Positions 12,790-25,739 of a DNA stretch of 64,000 nucleotides are shown one piece after another. The translations under genes and the position numbers were made by a program. The stretch comes from Mizuhopecten yessoensis. Taxonomy: Eukaryota. Numbering within the stretch: the stretch's first letter is position 1; every line of letters starts with the position of its first letter. The notes beneath the pieces were generated by a model. It worked only from the letters and a program-made list of their open reading frames with translations, was not told where the DNA came from and did not search any database. Location of the stretch: positions 250,878 to 314,877 of the forward strand of contig NW_018408322.1 in the NCBI RefSeq assembly GCF_002113885.1. The letters run 5' to 3'.

Positions 12790-13015
12790 ACTTTTCCCTA
12801 TCAGTGAAGTCTCGTCCTGAGACTTGGCCTGAGGAAACCCATAGGTCCTCCCTGTGTACCAATGCACCTTCCTTAATTGACCAAGGTAACTGTCATTACA
12901 AATTGTATGTACCACAGAGTCACGACGCCGCCACAGCTGGCCGGCGAGCGGCCATTCAGTCACTGACCACGATCGACTTTGCTTAACTAGTGAACGCTTC
13001 TCAGGATTATACAAC
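12790..13015 (-). mobile_element. Possible 5S-rRNA-derived SINE (SINE3-like) fragment
   Basis: The reverse strand reads agttaagcaaagtcgatcgtggtcagtgactgaatgg, resembling the 5S internal control region (agctaagcagggtcgggcctggttagtacttggatgg), followed by a GC-richer unique body. Confidence 0.35.
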
Positions 13016-13898
13016 ATCGCTGAAAAAACTGGATTGTTGATAACCTAGTATTTATGTCGCTTATTTCTTGTTTTTGTTTTACGGTAGAAAGCCAAACGTA
13101 GGTTATGTAACAGAGTCATGTGAAACCGATCTGATACTCAAGAATTGGTTCTGTGCTCAAACCAACTTCTTTTCCACCCTTTAATTATGTGACATATGTA
13201 AGAAGTCAAGTGTAAACATTGACAGCAATATCTAGATTTAAGTCAGTCCGAAATTCTTCCATTTCAGAATTGTGCTTTTATAATAAATTTATCACCGGAA
13301 CAAGAAATTGGGCTAGAGTACAAAATCTGAATTTTAGCATGAGAACGAATTCACGAATATTGAAAGAGATAGAGACGCATCATGCGAAGGATAGTATAAG
13401 AGAACAGAAATCATGCATTGGCCGTAATACGCCGGTTGGCAAGGGAGATGGTTGTCAAGGGAGAAACATCCGGGAACGAATTGCAATAGAGTAACGAACA
13501 ACAGAATGGTAGCATGATGAAACATAGCAATAGAGCAGGTCGTACGACGACGAGTGCCAAGGTAGACTCTGTGGAAGGAAATGTTCCGACTGAGTAAAGG
13601 AGAAACTTCGATAAAGATTTAAGATCGAAGCAAGCAGGCACATGTCAATGTAATCTACATGGAAACTTAGTAGAAGGCTCAGAATATAACCTCGATTCCA
13701 AATTGAACATTCGTCACATTTTACAATAGAATAACACGGCGGGCAAGTTTGCGTCCTATAGATGAGATATGCGTCAAACGCGAATAAGAGGAGGAGAAGA
13801 CAACTCACAAAGAGTGTATTATGTAACGTCACAATCGCAAGTGTTTACTAAGCAACGCCGTGCTATGCAACGCGACACAACTTCCTTGCTCTATGACA

Positions 13899-14403
13899 AT
13901 GGCGACAGACGAAGAAAACGGCGAGGCAAAAGTCATGTATGACAGCGAGCTATCTTTGGAGGACCCATACAAGGCTCATATTATATACAGTGAACAAGAA
14001 CTCGCCTCCTCGGACGAATCAGAGGATTTCACTTCCTCAGACGAATCCACGGTTGATTCCTTGGAGGCTCTGGAGGCCGTTCAACTTCCGGTTTTGTCAG
14101 TGTCCCAGCGCTTTGGTCATTTGATCACGGGTCAACTGTCGAAACTCAGACAAGACGTTGAATTCACTTTCCCGGCGCACACGGTATTGAAGGACGACGA
14201 AACTCAGACAGACTCGGTGGAACACACTTCGGCCTCTACCAACAGCGAAAATGAAGTCGTCGACCTGACAGACGTTCTTCAAATGCAGTCGACCATCCGC
14301 ACACTTACCGATATTTTAACATCAGTTGTGCAGTTATCGAAAATTGTGTCATCGGCAAGAGATGCTACAAAACATATCGTAGCGAACAGAAATGTATTGG
14401 AAG
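13899..14403 (+). CDS. Gly-rich protein exon 1 (acidic N-terminus, helical segment)
   Basis: ORF 13860-14420; donor GAAG|gtaatt at 14404. Confidence 0.72.
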
Positions 14404-17400
14404 GTAATTATATACGATGACATAAGATCCCAAACTCCAACAAACAAAATGTCCAACATGCACTCCTTTGCTCATATTAAAATGAAATAAAAACCCGTTA
14501 CCAATTCAGAAAATAGTTTGTAAAAGAATGTGCAAGAATTCACATGAAAAACTGTAAACAGCGAACTATTTGCCATGCTTTTATGATTTATGTTTTATGT
14601 ATTTTTTTCTTTGTAGAGGTTCGTGCCAAATGTGATGTATTGGAAAAAGATATTGGCGATCAAATCGGACACAATGTGAGTAAAGCAAAACGGACAGAAG
14701 TCGACTGCAGGGATCAAAGAACAGAAATGAACTCCATGAATCAACGGACAGAAGTCGACTCCTCGGACCAGCGGACAAACGCATGCTTTGAGGATCGACG
14801 AGTAAGTTTAGAGAAATAGAAGGGTTATCATACACCTAAAGCACAAGAGCCGTGATAAATAATGAAACTGAACTGATAAAAAAAAAAAAAAAAAACATAC
14901 AGAGGCAATTGTGTGTTACGTCTTTAGCACATATTTCATGATAAATACATTTTAACTCCTTACCCACCCTAGGTTTTTAACAATCAGGCAAACCATATTA
15001 TTCAAATAAATCGATAAAGTATACATATGGAGTTTTTAATGTTTACATCTACCAAAACCTACATTGTCTCGTTCATTGAGTCATGATCTAGCACAGGGGC
15101 TTGTATAGATTTATTTATTTATACAAGGTGTACTTACTGTACATGTCATGGCGGCGATAGTTGTAGGATTCCGACGAATATCTCTCTTTAAAGACTTGAT
15201 TATTATGGTAATGTATGTTGTTATTTGCATTAGAATACTTCACAGTACTCAAACATCTATTCCTGTAAAACATATTAAACAAGTAAATAAATAAAAGAAG
15301 ATATAATATAAAATAAAATAAAAAATAAATAACAACAGGAAATAGTGAAAGCATTACTTCAAGGCCATTCTTAAATCTAAAACTGACCCTTACTATTGTC
15401 AGGATAGTCTACCTATCACGTGGAATGATTTAAGTGAGAATTGACGGTTTTGCCAAAAAATGCGGGGAAATACGGAAACTGGGATTATTGCGCTAACAAT
15501 AGTGTTTTGTATTACAGCTGAGCCCTACAGCGTCGATTTGCCGACTTTCGGGGCTGCTTCAGCAGGCCCGGGACTCGGAAGGGTTGTCCCGGGACACGGA
15601 GAAGAGACAAGGACAGGGAATCTTGGTCGGGGATATGATGAACATTCTGTCTGTTGTTCGGGAAATGATCAATGACATTACCTATCAAATGTAAGTGACA
15701 GACTATTCTTACGTAAGTTTTACTCCATGATTAAAATTATAGATGAAGATTTAAAATGCAAGGTATCTATTTTATATATTTTGTGTTCGATGGCCAATTG
15801 CGAGTTCGAAAAATTTCAAAAGATTACTAGAGATTTTTCTGGAATACCTTCAATTATTTTTGGGGTTTATTCCGTATATATACTAAAACGTATTTTTATT
15901 GGTATATATCGCATTGATCAACCCCAACCCAACCCAAAATAACAGTAGTTACTGGTTGGGCTGTCTGCTATTAGGGGGATAGCCCGAATTCAATTATGTA
16001 CAATATGATGACGCACCATAAGTTCTTCACGTTACATCATTTCCACCATCGGAATCTACATGTATGTAAATTTGTTATTTTTAATTTATTTTTTTATGTT
16101 GACTCCAATTTTGATAAAAACTTACATCCTGTAAATGAATTATAAATTGTTTTGGTTGTTGATATTCATTTAATTATCTGTGGCTCTGTTTTTGTGAGAT
16201 AACTTTTCTTCTCTACAAAAAGTTACAGTTGACGTCATATCCATGGGTCACAATATCAACAATTTACAGTTGGAGTTACTCGTCATAACTACAAATCTAA
16301 GTAAGGGATTATTATATAAATATATTCAAGAGAAGCACGGCGTAGTCCTCTATATGTGTGAAACATGAATTTTATCAAAATCCGACGAATAACGACGTCG
16401 ATAATTTGATTGAAATAATTAAGTGTATTAACTTAATTAGAATGGCATCACGTGAGATACCAGATAGCACCTCACTGTATTTATCTCCGTCTGTTCATAT
16501 CGCGACTTCAAATGCTCGCAAATCAGTCATTTGAAATGCAGTATTGAAACTTAGTATTCACGAAAATTACTGCAATTCGTGATTTTTGTCGTGTATTTTA
16601 TTTTAGCAGTTCAAGGGCTGAAACAAGGGAATCACATATTCAGGTTAACATAAACTGGCTGACCCCGAACATTTCTGTAAAAATAATAATAATAATAATA
16701 ATATCTATTCAGGTAAAATAGGCATGTTATTACAAGATATCACAATTTAGAATAAAACATACAAGTAAGATCACAATGCAGCTTGTAAATAAAAAGAATA
16801 TTTTGTATTAAGACAGAATAAGAATAGATCTATCATAATAAAAGGTTTCTTAATTCAATCCTTGCCATATATCACAGAGTATAAAAATCTAAAAAAAGTC
16901 TAATACACTGTAAAAAAAAGGCAGATATTACTAGAAAATGAGACAGACTATTTTTTAGTACATGAAGGTAGATATAAATAAGTCACATAATAGGAGTGGT
17001 GTGTGCCATTTACATAAGATTACCCATAAAAGCCACAAAGTGGCTTATTTTCGATGGGGTCCAAATAACAGTAAAAATATGAAAATCAATACGGTAACGG
17101 TTCAGATAGCACAGAACAGGATATGTGTGTAACATATTAGATAATTGATCGGTAGAATTGTATTTCCATTTACATAGAAAAAATAAAACAATGTAAATAA
17201 TTATCCTCAAAATTTTATAGATTTACAGTATGTTCCCGATAGGTGGCGCTAATAGTTATATAAATTTTCTGATGTAGCCGTTAGGGTCTCGCATGTAAAA
17301 GTTCCTTGGCCGTGACAATGGACCGTTTAGGACGCCCATCCATTTTCAAAAGAAAGAGGAAGTGAACGCCATCTGTAATGTTTCGAATTGAAAACTATTT

Positions 17401-20400
17401 TCTCGTCGTTCTTTTCAGGAATTCGATGACAGCCAATGAATGCAAAACAATTGATATCGGCGTGAATACCGTGATTGATCACAGGACTACCTCTCGCATT
17501 CTGGCAAGTGATGGTGATGAGGTTGAAAAACCCGGCTCACGTCCAGAAGATGTCAAGGGCAACAAGTTGACGGAGAAATTACCGGAAATGCCAACGAGAG
17601 GTGTCGAAAGAGAATTATCCCTGGGCGTTTTAGCTTCGTTTTATTCGGCCCTCTCCCATTTTTCGAGCGAATCAAGTCTTGATATAGTAATACCTAGCAA
17701 ATCACGTGTCAGAGATGGTGACAAGGCAAAGACTTGTGTTGGTGTTGAAGACACAATTAGTGCCGGGAATTTATTTGTGTCAGAAAGTGACCATGAACAG
17801 GAAACCGGCTCTCCTTTTGGTGTCAAAGACGAAAATGTAGACTTCATGGAGTCTAAACATAAAACTGCGGACGAGCTAGGTGACCACAATTTAGAGGAAT
17901 CATGCCTTGCGAGTGTTGGTAGTCGCGGCTTGGGCCAGGGAGGTTTTGGTAGTCAAGACTCGATCCAAACAGGTGCTGGTGATAAGGACTCGGACCAAGC
18001 TCGAATAAGTCAACAACGAATGAGCCAGACATGTAATACAGGTCAAGAATCGGACCAAAAAAGCATTGGTGACCAGGAAGGTATGGTAGGTCGCGACGCG
18101 GGACAGGCAGATTTTGCAGAAAAAGAATTGGGTCATGAAGGTGGTGATGGTGGCGGCTTGAACCAAGGCGGTGTTGGTAATGGCGGCTCGGACACAGGAT
18201 GTGTTGGTGGTGGCGGCTCGGACCAAAAAGGTGGTGTTCGTAGCGACTCTGGCCAAGAAGGTGCTGGTGGTGGCAGCTTTGACCAAGAAGGTGTTGATGA
18301 TGGCGGCTCTGGTCAAGTAGGTGTCAATAATAGCGGCTCGGAACAAAGGGGTGTTGGTATTGGCGGCTCAGGCCAAGTAGGTAATGGTGGTGGCGGCTCG
18401 GACCAAGGATGTGTTGGTGATGACGGCTCGGACCAAGAACGTGTTGGTGGTGGTGGCTCGGACCAAGGAGGTGTCGGTGGTGGCGGCTCGGACCAAGGAG
18501 GTGTTGATGATGGCGGCTCGGGCAAAGAAGTTGGTGGTGGAGGCTCGGGCCAAGGAGGTGTTGGTGGTGGTGGCTCAGACCAAGGAGGTGTTGGTGGTGG
18601 CAGTTCGCACCAAGGAAGTGTTGGTGATGGCGGTTCGGGTCAAGAAGGTTTAGGTGGCGGTGGCTCTGGCCGAGAAGGTGGTGGTGGTGGTGGATCTGGC
18701 CAAGAAGATGATGGTGGTGGCGGCTCTGGCCAAGATGTTGGTGGTATCGGCTCGAACCAAGGTGGCGTAGGGGGTGACGGCTCTGGCAAAGAAGGTGCTG
18801 GTGGTGGCGGCTCTGGCAAAGAAGGTGCTGCTGGTGGTGGCTCTGGCAAAGAAGGTTTTGGTGGTATCGGCTCGGACCAAGGAGGCGTTGGTGGTGGCGG
18901 CACTGGCCAAGAAGGTGCTGGTGGTGGCGGCTCAGGCGAAGAAGTTGTTGTTGGTGGGGGCTCTGGCAAAGAAGGTGTTGGTGGTGGCGGCTCTGGCAAA
19001 GAAGGTGCTTGTGGTGGCGGCTCTGGCAAAGAAGGTGTCGATAATAGCGGCTCGGAACAAAGGGGTGTTGGTATTGGCAGCTCAGGCCAAGGAGGGTTTG
19101 GTGGTATCAGCTCGGACCAAGGAGGCGTTGGTGATGACGGCTCGGACCAAGAAGGTGTTGGTGGTGGCGGCTCGGACCAAAGAGGTGTCGGTGGTGGCGG
19201 CTCGGACCAAGGAGGGGTTGGTGATGGCGGTTCTGGTCAAGAAGGTTTAGGTGGCGGTGGCTCTGGCCAAGAAGGTGGTGGTGGTTCTGGCCAAGAAGAT
19301 GATGGTGGTGGCGGCTCTGGCCAAGAAGATGTTGGTGATATCGGCTCGGACCAAGGAGGCGTTAGAGGTGGCGGCTCTGGCAAAGAATGTGCTGGTGGTG
19401 GCGGCACTGGCCAAGAAGGTGCTGGTGGTGGCAGCTCTGGCGAAGAAGTTGTTGTTGGTGGCGGCTCTGGCCAAGAAGGTGTTGTTGGTGGCGGCTCTGG
19501 CAAAGAAGGTGCTGGTGGTGGCGGCTCTGGCAAAGAAGGTGCTGGTGGTGGCGGCTCTGGCAAAGAAGGTGTTGTTGGTGGCGGCTCTGGCAAAGAAGGT
19601 GCTGGTGGTGGCGGCTCTGGCAAAGAAGGTGCTGGTGGTGGCGGCTCTGGCAAAGAAGGTGATGCTGTTGGCGGCTCTGGCAAAGAAGGTGCTGGTGGTG
19701 GCGGCTCTGGCAAAGAAGGTGATGCTGTTGGCGGCTCTGGCAAAGAAGGTGCTGGTGGTAGCGGCTCTGGCAAAGAAGGTGCTGGTGGTGTCGGCTCTGG
19801 CCAAGAAGGTGTTGTTGGTTGCGGCCCTGGCAAAGAAGGTGCTGGTGTTGGCGGCTCTGGCAAAGAAGGTGCTGGTGGTGGCGGCTCTGGCAAAGAAGGT
19901 GATGCTGTTGGCGGCTCTGGCAAAGAAGGTGCTGGTGGTAGCGGCTCTGGCAAAGAAGGTGCTGGTGGTGTCGGCTCTGGCCAAGAAGGTGTTGTTGGTT
20001 GCGGCCCTGGCAAAGAAGGTGCTGGTGTTGGCGGCTCTGGCAAAGAAGGTGCTGGTGGTGGCGGCTCTGGCAAAGAAGGTGATGCTGTTGGCGGCTCTGG
20101 CAAAGAAGGTGCTGGTGGTAGCGGCTCTGGCAAAGAAGGTGCTGGTGGTGTCGGCTCTGGCCAAGAAGGTGTTGTTGGTTGCGGCCCTGGCAAAGAAGGT
20201 GCTGGTGTTGGCGGCTCTGGCAAAGAAGGTGCTGGTGGTGGCGGCTCTGGCAAAGAAGGTGATGCTGTTGGCGGCTCTGGCAAAGAAGGTGCTGGTGGTA
20301 GCGGCTCTGGCAAAGAAGGTGCTGGTGGTGTCGGCTCTGGCCAAGAAGGTGTTGTTGGTTGCGGCTCTGGTAAAGAAGGTGCTGGTGGTAGCGGCTCTAG

Positions 20401-21199
20401 CCCAGAAGGTGCTGGTGGTGGTGGCTCCGGCCAAGAAGGTGTTGTTGGTGGCGGCTCCGGCCAAGAAGGTGTTGTTGGTGGCGGCTCTGGCCAAGAAGGT
20501 GTTGTTAGTGGCGGCTCTGGCCAAGAAGGTGTTATTGGTGGCGGCTCTGGCAAAGAAGGTGATGCTTGTGGCGGCTCTGGCCAAGCAAGTGTTGGTAGTA
20601 TTGGCTCGGACCAAGGTGGCGTTGATGGTAGCGGCTCGGACCAAGGAGGTGATGGTGGCGGTGGCTCTGGCTTTGATGATTCATTTGCAACATATGATGA
20701 AGAAACAAAGGAAGAGCAAGGATCGATTATGTTAAATGGACAGAACCCATGTTCAGACGATTCCCATAGAAAAGGGCGGGATAATGATATTCGAGATTCA
20801 CCGAAACAAAATTTCAAGTCATCTTCTCTTGGTTCTGAATGTGACGCAAGCAAAGAAACAGGAAGTGCATCAAACGGCAAGCGTGGGAAACGTCTTCTTC
20901 CTCGGCCTTCTCACTCAGACACGTCCGTGTGTACGGGGAAACGACGACGACTCAAGAGTATTTTATCAGACGGAAAAGACAAAATGAGAAATGGTGGTAA
21001 ACGGAAGTCACAAACGAACGCGCAATCAAAGAAGTCATCAGGTGGACAAGGCTTAGGCAGAAGATTGATACAAGCCACGTGCGCCGTGGTGTCAGTCGCG
21101 GGGTTAATGGGTGCAATGGTTCAGGGCCCCTCGGGGTGTCCATGGCCCCCTGCCTTGGTGGAAGATATGTCAAGGATAATTGATCTGGACTACTTATAA
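13899..21199 (+). CDS. Uncharacterised ~1547-aa glycine-rich repeat protein; join(13899-14403, 14617-14801, 15518-15690, 17419-21199)
   Basis: Four stop-free exons with GT-AG boundaries and phases 1,0,2 join to 4644 nt (1548 codons). The ATG is in acaATGg context (an in-frame ATG also lies at 13893). The terminal exon is the 1273-aa ORF. Confidence 0.75.
14617..14801 (+). CDS. Gly-rich protein exon 2 (contains three 9-aa QRTEVDxxD-like repeats)
   Basis: tttgtag acceptor, CGA|gtaagt donor; phase matches exon 1. Confidence 0.7.
15518..15690 (+). CDS. Gly-rich protein exon 3 (LSPTASICRLSGLLQQ...MINDITYQ)
   Basis: ttacag acceptor, AT|gtaagt donor; open in the required frame. Confidence 0.68.
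17419..21199 (+). CDS. Gly-rich protein terminal exon (decapeptide array, basic region, hydrophobic tail)
   Basis: ttttcag acceptor at 17418; 3.8-kb open frame ending TAA at 21199. Confidence 0.8.
18140..20670 (+). repeat. Coding 30-bp minisatellite (ggctctggcaaagaaggtgctggtggtggc) with 180-bp higher-order repeat
   Basis: Roughly 80 decapeptide units; 60-nt lines recur identically every 180 nt from 19681 to ~20365. Confidence 0.95.
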
Positions 21200-22061
21200 A
21201 TGTCGCTAACAACTGTGTGCAATCAATAACGGGAGAAATACGTTGTTTGTTATTTATGTGTTTTCCTTTCTAATTTAAAAGGGTTTTCATGTTTTCACCA
21301 ATGCCGGGGGTAGAAATTAACATAAAATACATTTTACTTGAAATGTTTTGATTTGCTTAAAGCAAAAGTTGATGTTAGTTCAAACCATATTTTATTTCAG
21401 CATGATATATGTCAAACTTACATACATACAACAAATCAATACAGAGTTCAGAAATAAGTATTAAGATCTTTGTGTAAATATATCTCCTTAATACCCGACA
21501 AACTGGAAATTACCAAATTCAACGTGACGTCACGAAAGAAGAAAAATAATAATAATGATGATGATTTTTATGCATAACCGATTATGGCACTACCTGCTAA
21601 AGCTGGTATGATATAGTTAAGAAGATAACTTACTAAATATATATAAATATTAGTCAATTATCACTTTTCGGAATTCTTCATATTACGTATGCATTGCTAT
21701 TAATATATACCTGTCTTTGACACTGTAACGCTATATAATCTAACCAAGTTCAGATGACATTCATATAAGCTATAAATGCACTGACCCACGTGTTGACGTC
21801 TTCATTACTATGACGTCATAATTGAAAGGTTGGATACCACTAATCCTCTTTTAAAGATGACTATTTTTTATTTAACATGCATAAAAGATACATGCACCTT
21901 TTTAAATGATTATTTCATAATCGTGTGAAATAAATAAAGTTTATATATAAAGGAGTAATACATTATAGTTATCAATCATGATTGGAGACTTGCATGCTGT
22001 GCCGTTCGATCGTTAGCAAGCAATCTAGCTTCCTGAAATTTATGGAAAAAATATGACTATT

Positions 22062-22709
22062 GCATGTACCGGATACGCTTATATTTTTTCAAGTGCCTGG
22101 TCTCGCTTCTGGAATTTATTGGGTACTAGCATAGTTTTATTTATATTTTGGTGTATTTTCATACCAGATTTGAGTGGGGACTTTTTTGTATATTGACGAT
22201 GTGTTTTGTATTTAAGGAAACATTGTTGATGTATATCTGTATTATTTAAATTTTAACATAAGTATTTTACATAGTTATTGATATATTTTGGCTTTTGGAA
22301 ATGGATACTATTATAAACTGAGTTTTATATCACTTTTACATTACACAAGGATAGCATTTATAGTGGTAATTTTTCGAAGATAGTAGCATGTACCGGATAC
22401 GCTTATATTTTTTCAAGTGCCTGGTCTCGCTTCTGGAATTTATTGGGTACTAGCATAGTTTTATTTATATTTTGGTGTATTTTCATACCAGATTTGAGTG
22501 GGGACTTTTTTGTATATTGACGATGTGTTTTGTATTTAAGGAAACATTGTTGATGTATATCTGTATTATTTAAATTTTAACATAAGTATTTTACATAGTT
22601 ATTGATATATTTTGGCTTTTGGAAATGGATACTATTATAAACTGAGTTTTATATCACTTTTACATTACACAAGGATAGCATTTATAGTGGTAATTTTTCG
22701 AAGATAGTA
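22062..22709. repeat. Exact 324-bp tandem duplication
   Basis: 22062-22385 is repeated at 22386-22709 with no visible mismatch. Confidence 0.9.
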
Positions 22710-23967
22710 ACAAGGAAAGGTGTTCAATGACTTCCTAGTGTAGTCTTAATATATATTTTATTGTATGTAGTAAAAAGATTTTCAGTAATGAAATTATATA
22801 TAAATGGCGGAATATCTTAATATAACACGCAGGAATGGAATCACCATGCTTTAATAAGATTTCTTTGAATAACACCAGAATGAGTAATACAAGCAATTAT
22901 CATTGACATGCTGATGGATGAGTTTATTGAAAAGTGAACTCATATATTGTCAACTAATATATAATTGTTATCAATTACCTATTATAAGATTGATTATGGA
23001 TCCCTAATATTGTACTTTTGACTGTAAAATATCATTAATTGGTTGTATATTTATAGAATAAACTGTTAACATTTTTTGGTTTCCTATAACCGTTGAAACT
23101 TATTTTGGATATATAGTAATTTTTACATTTTCGCTGAAAATTCATGTATAACTGTTCCCATTTATACACCTTTATGGCTAAGAAAGTATATTGTTATTAC
23201 TTTTATAACATTTACTTACTAAATGTTGAAATAAAATTCAGGATGTATTTCGATTATTTCACAAAACAGGATAAGTGGAATCTAAAACGATCAATGTCTT
23301 TCATTATGGAGACTTCAAGACAATGGTATGATAAAACAAAGAATAGTTTTAAACTGTTGAAGAGTTTCCTGTTATTTTGATTCATAACAGTTACCGTAAT
23401 TATTCACTTAGATGCTCAAATCTCAATCAGGATATTTGAACGATTCTTTCCCGAAACTTACTAATCGGGATTTTAATGATCAATGCTTGATAGTATGATG
23501 ACTTCAGGACAATGATGTAATGTCAAATCATATATCATTTAAATGTTTTGAATTTTTTCCTGTTATTTATTTCATAATATATGCTCTAGCCATTCTCTTT
23601 AATGCTCAAATCTCAGTCAATTTATTTATACATTTATTTATTCATTCATTCATGCATTCATTCACTCACTCACTCACTCACTCAATAATGCATTTATTGA
23701 TTTATTTATATGGATGGTATACAATCAAATATGTGAATTTGTTTATAGAATAAGTAAAAATATTTTCCATGACATTAGTATTAAGAAAACCAAATATTCT
23801 TTTTATTACTACATATGGGTTCAACTGTGAATTATGGCAGACTGTTAGTCATTTAGTTCCTCAAGTAATTATTTGATATTATGCATTAAGTAAATCATAA
23901 CTATCTGGTGTTCATTTAACGTTGCAATCATGAAAAACATTGTCCCAATAATTCTCACTCTCTCTCG

Positions 23968-24170
23968 TTACCACTAGCCCTCCATCACTGGGTCGCGGGT
24001 TCGAGGCCTACGTAGGGCAGTTACCAGGTACTGGCCGTCGGTCGGTGGGGGTTTTATCCGGGAACTCCGGCTTTCCTCCACCACCAAAACCTGACACGTC
24101 CTAAAATGACCTTAGCTGTTAATAGGCCGTAAAACACAAACAACCCAAACCAAACCAAACCAAACCAAAC
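23968..24170 (+). mobile_element. tRNA-derived SINE with V-type core, 5'-truncated, (CAAAC)n tail
   Basis: B-box ggttcgaggc; core gttttatccgggaactccggctttcctccacc; tail ctgttaataggccgtaaaac. Shared with copies at 55352 and 60076. Confidence 0.75.
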
Positions 24171-25119
24171 TCTCTAGTAGTACAGTACAAGAGGTAATGA
24201 ATGGTTTCTATTTATGTGAAATGAAACTTTATCGAAATTAGAACAACCAGTTGAATAAATTGGATATTGCAGTATGTCGGTTTAGTTTAAATACAGAAGA
24301 ACTTATTGTTTGGCCATTATATCATGTTACATATTACAGAATGACATTTCATACAGCTCTAAATGTAAGTTAAACAATGTTTTGTGAGAAACGTTTATAC
24401 AAGTCAAAAGGTATCATTATCATTATGGAAAATCGCCAGCGAAACTATTAAATGACGTTTTGTGTCAACAGGTGAAATTGTCCATTGGGTTATTTTGAAA
24501 TGGAACTTAATATTCCATCGAGCATATATGACTTGAGAAGGAACTTTCTAGGAAGGTTAACATATAATTTAAAGATATTAAGGGATAGAGTTAATATACT
24601 CAATCCTTTTCTCTATTATATAAAGTACTGCGAAAGTGTTAATGCTCGTAGTGTAAAAATGCTGGCGTTTTTCGCATTGAGTAAATTAGTGCGACAAAAT
24701 CTACACGCGAGTATTACATATATTTATAGATTAAAGGTAAATAGAGCACATAGATTTCATTGCCAACGCGAAAATATATACACCGCGAATAGTTTAAAGA
24801 CGCATTTTTTTTTATATACTTATGATGTTTGAGATATTTATAGTGATGTCAGTAGAAAATCTTCTTTACCATAAAACGTGAATTTGTCTACTGCTTATTT
24901 TAATTTTCGAGTAGTTAATATTTGCGTTCATTTTGAAAATTGAAAAGCACTTATAATTGAAGCCGGCGATTTATTCATTTTCAAGAGTGTTTTGTTGATT
25001 AATAAGATTTTCATTGGAAATACTCCTCTGTTCTGTCATAATAATGTTATTTACTCATATATATTTTATTTATTTTACAACAATAATGAAACAATTTTAT
25101 TCAACTGACATTAATCTCT

Positions 25120-25195
25120 CTTGTTGGCCCGGACATAAGCGCGCAGGTCTTCATGTGGGAGGAAACCGGAGTACCCGGGTAAAACCCACTGATTA
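25120..25195 (-). mobile_element. V-domain SINE fragment
   Basis: Reverse strand tgggttttacccgggtactccggtttcctcccacatg. Confidence 0.55.
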
Positions 25196-25739
25196 GAGTG
25201 GAGGAATTCACTAATTATTAACGAATCATCACTGCAAATATTTCGAATAGAAAGCTTGTGTTTATGATTTCGATGAAGCAATATAGAGATTTATGCATTT
25301 AAAGATATAGCTTGTTTACACAGAAGCTAGTACACGTGAACTAAATAAAAACAATTAAATTTGACGTAAAACATTTCTATGGACGATTAAATATGAAATA
25401 GTAAAAGTACAACAATACGTTGGCTAAAACCACAGTAGCTGTGCGTCAGAAAGGAACATATCTATCAACGAAAACAAACTTCCGTTGTCAATATTTTTGA
25501 TCATAATAAATGCGCCGAATCATCTATTTACAGGGCGAACAAAGACAATCACGACTCACGATTTTTTTTCCGGTTAGAGCCAGAGCCTGAATGTGTTTAT
25601 GTGTGAACTAGGTTAGTTATTATTCGTTAGGATGCGGGTGTCCGGTCCCGAGGTTTGATGGACGAGCGGAGGTACTCCCGTAACCATAATTGATCAGCCC
25701 GTAGTCATGTTGTGACGTTATTGAATGAGAATGACGAGA

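Noticed and set aside
17378-17418. ATG at 17378 and hydrophobic MFRIENYFLVVLFR as a signal peptide
   Set aside because: This is the polypyrimidine tract and acceptor of the intron; the upstream exons splice in frame at 17419.
19237-20880. Long alternative-frame ORFs (Pro-rich 547 aa, ARAATT 465 aa, ALAKKV 494 aa, Trp/Arg-rich 91 aa)
   Set aside because: By-products of a stop-free 30-bp repeat; only the Gly frame extends into unique sequence with splice sites.
21060-21199. KASH-domain interpretation of the Gly-rich protein tail
   Set aside because: There is a hydrophobic segment plus Cys/Pro, but the protein does not end in the PPPX motif.
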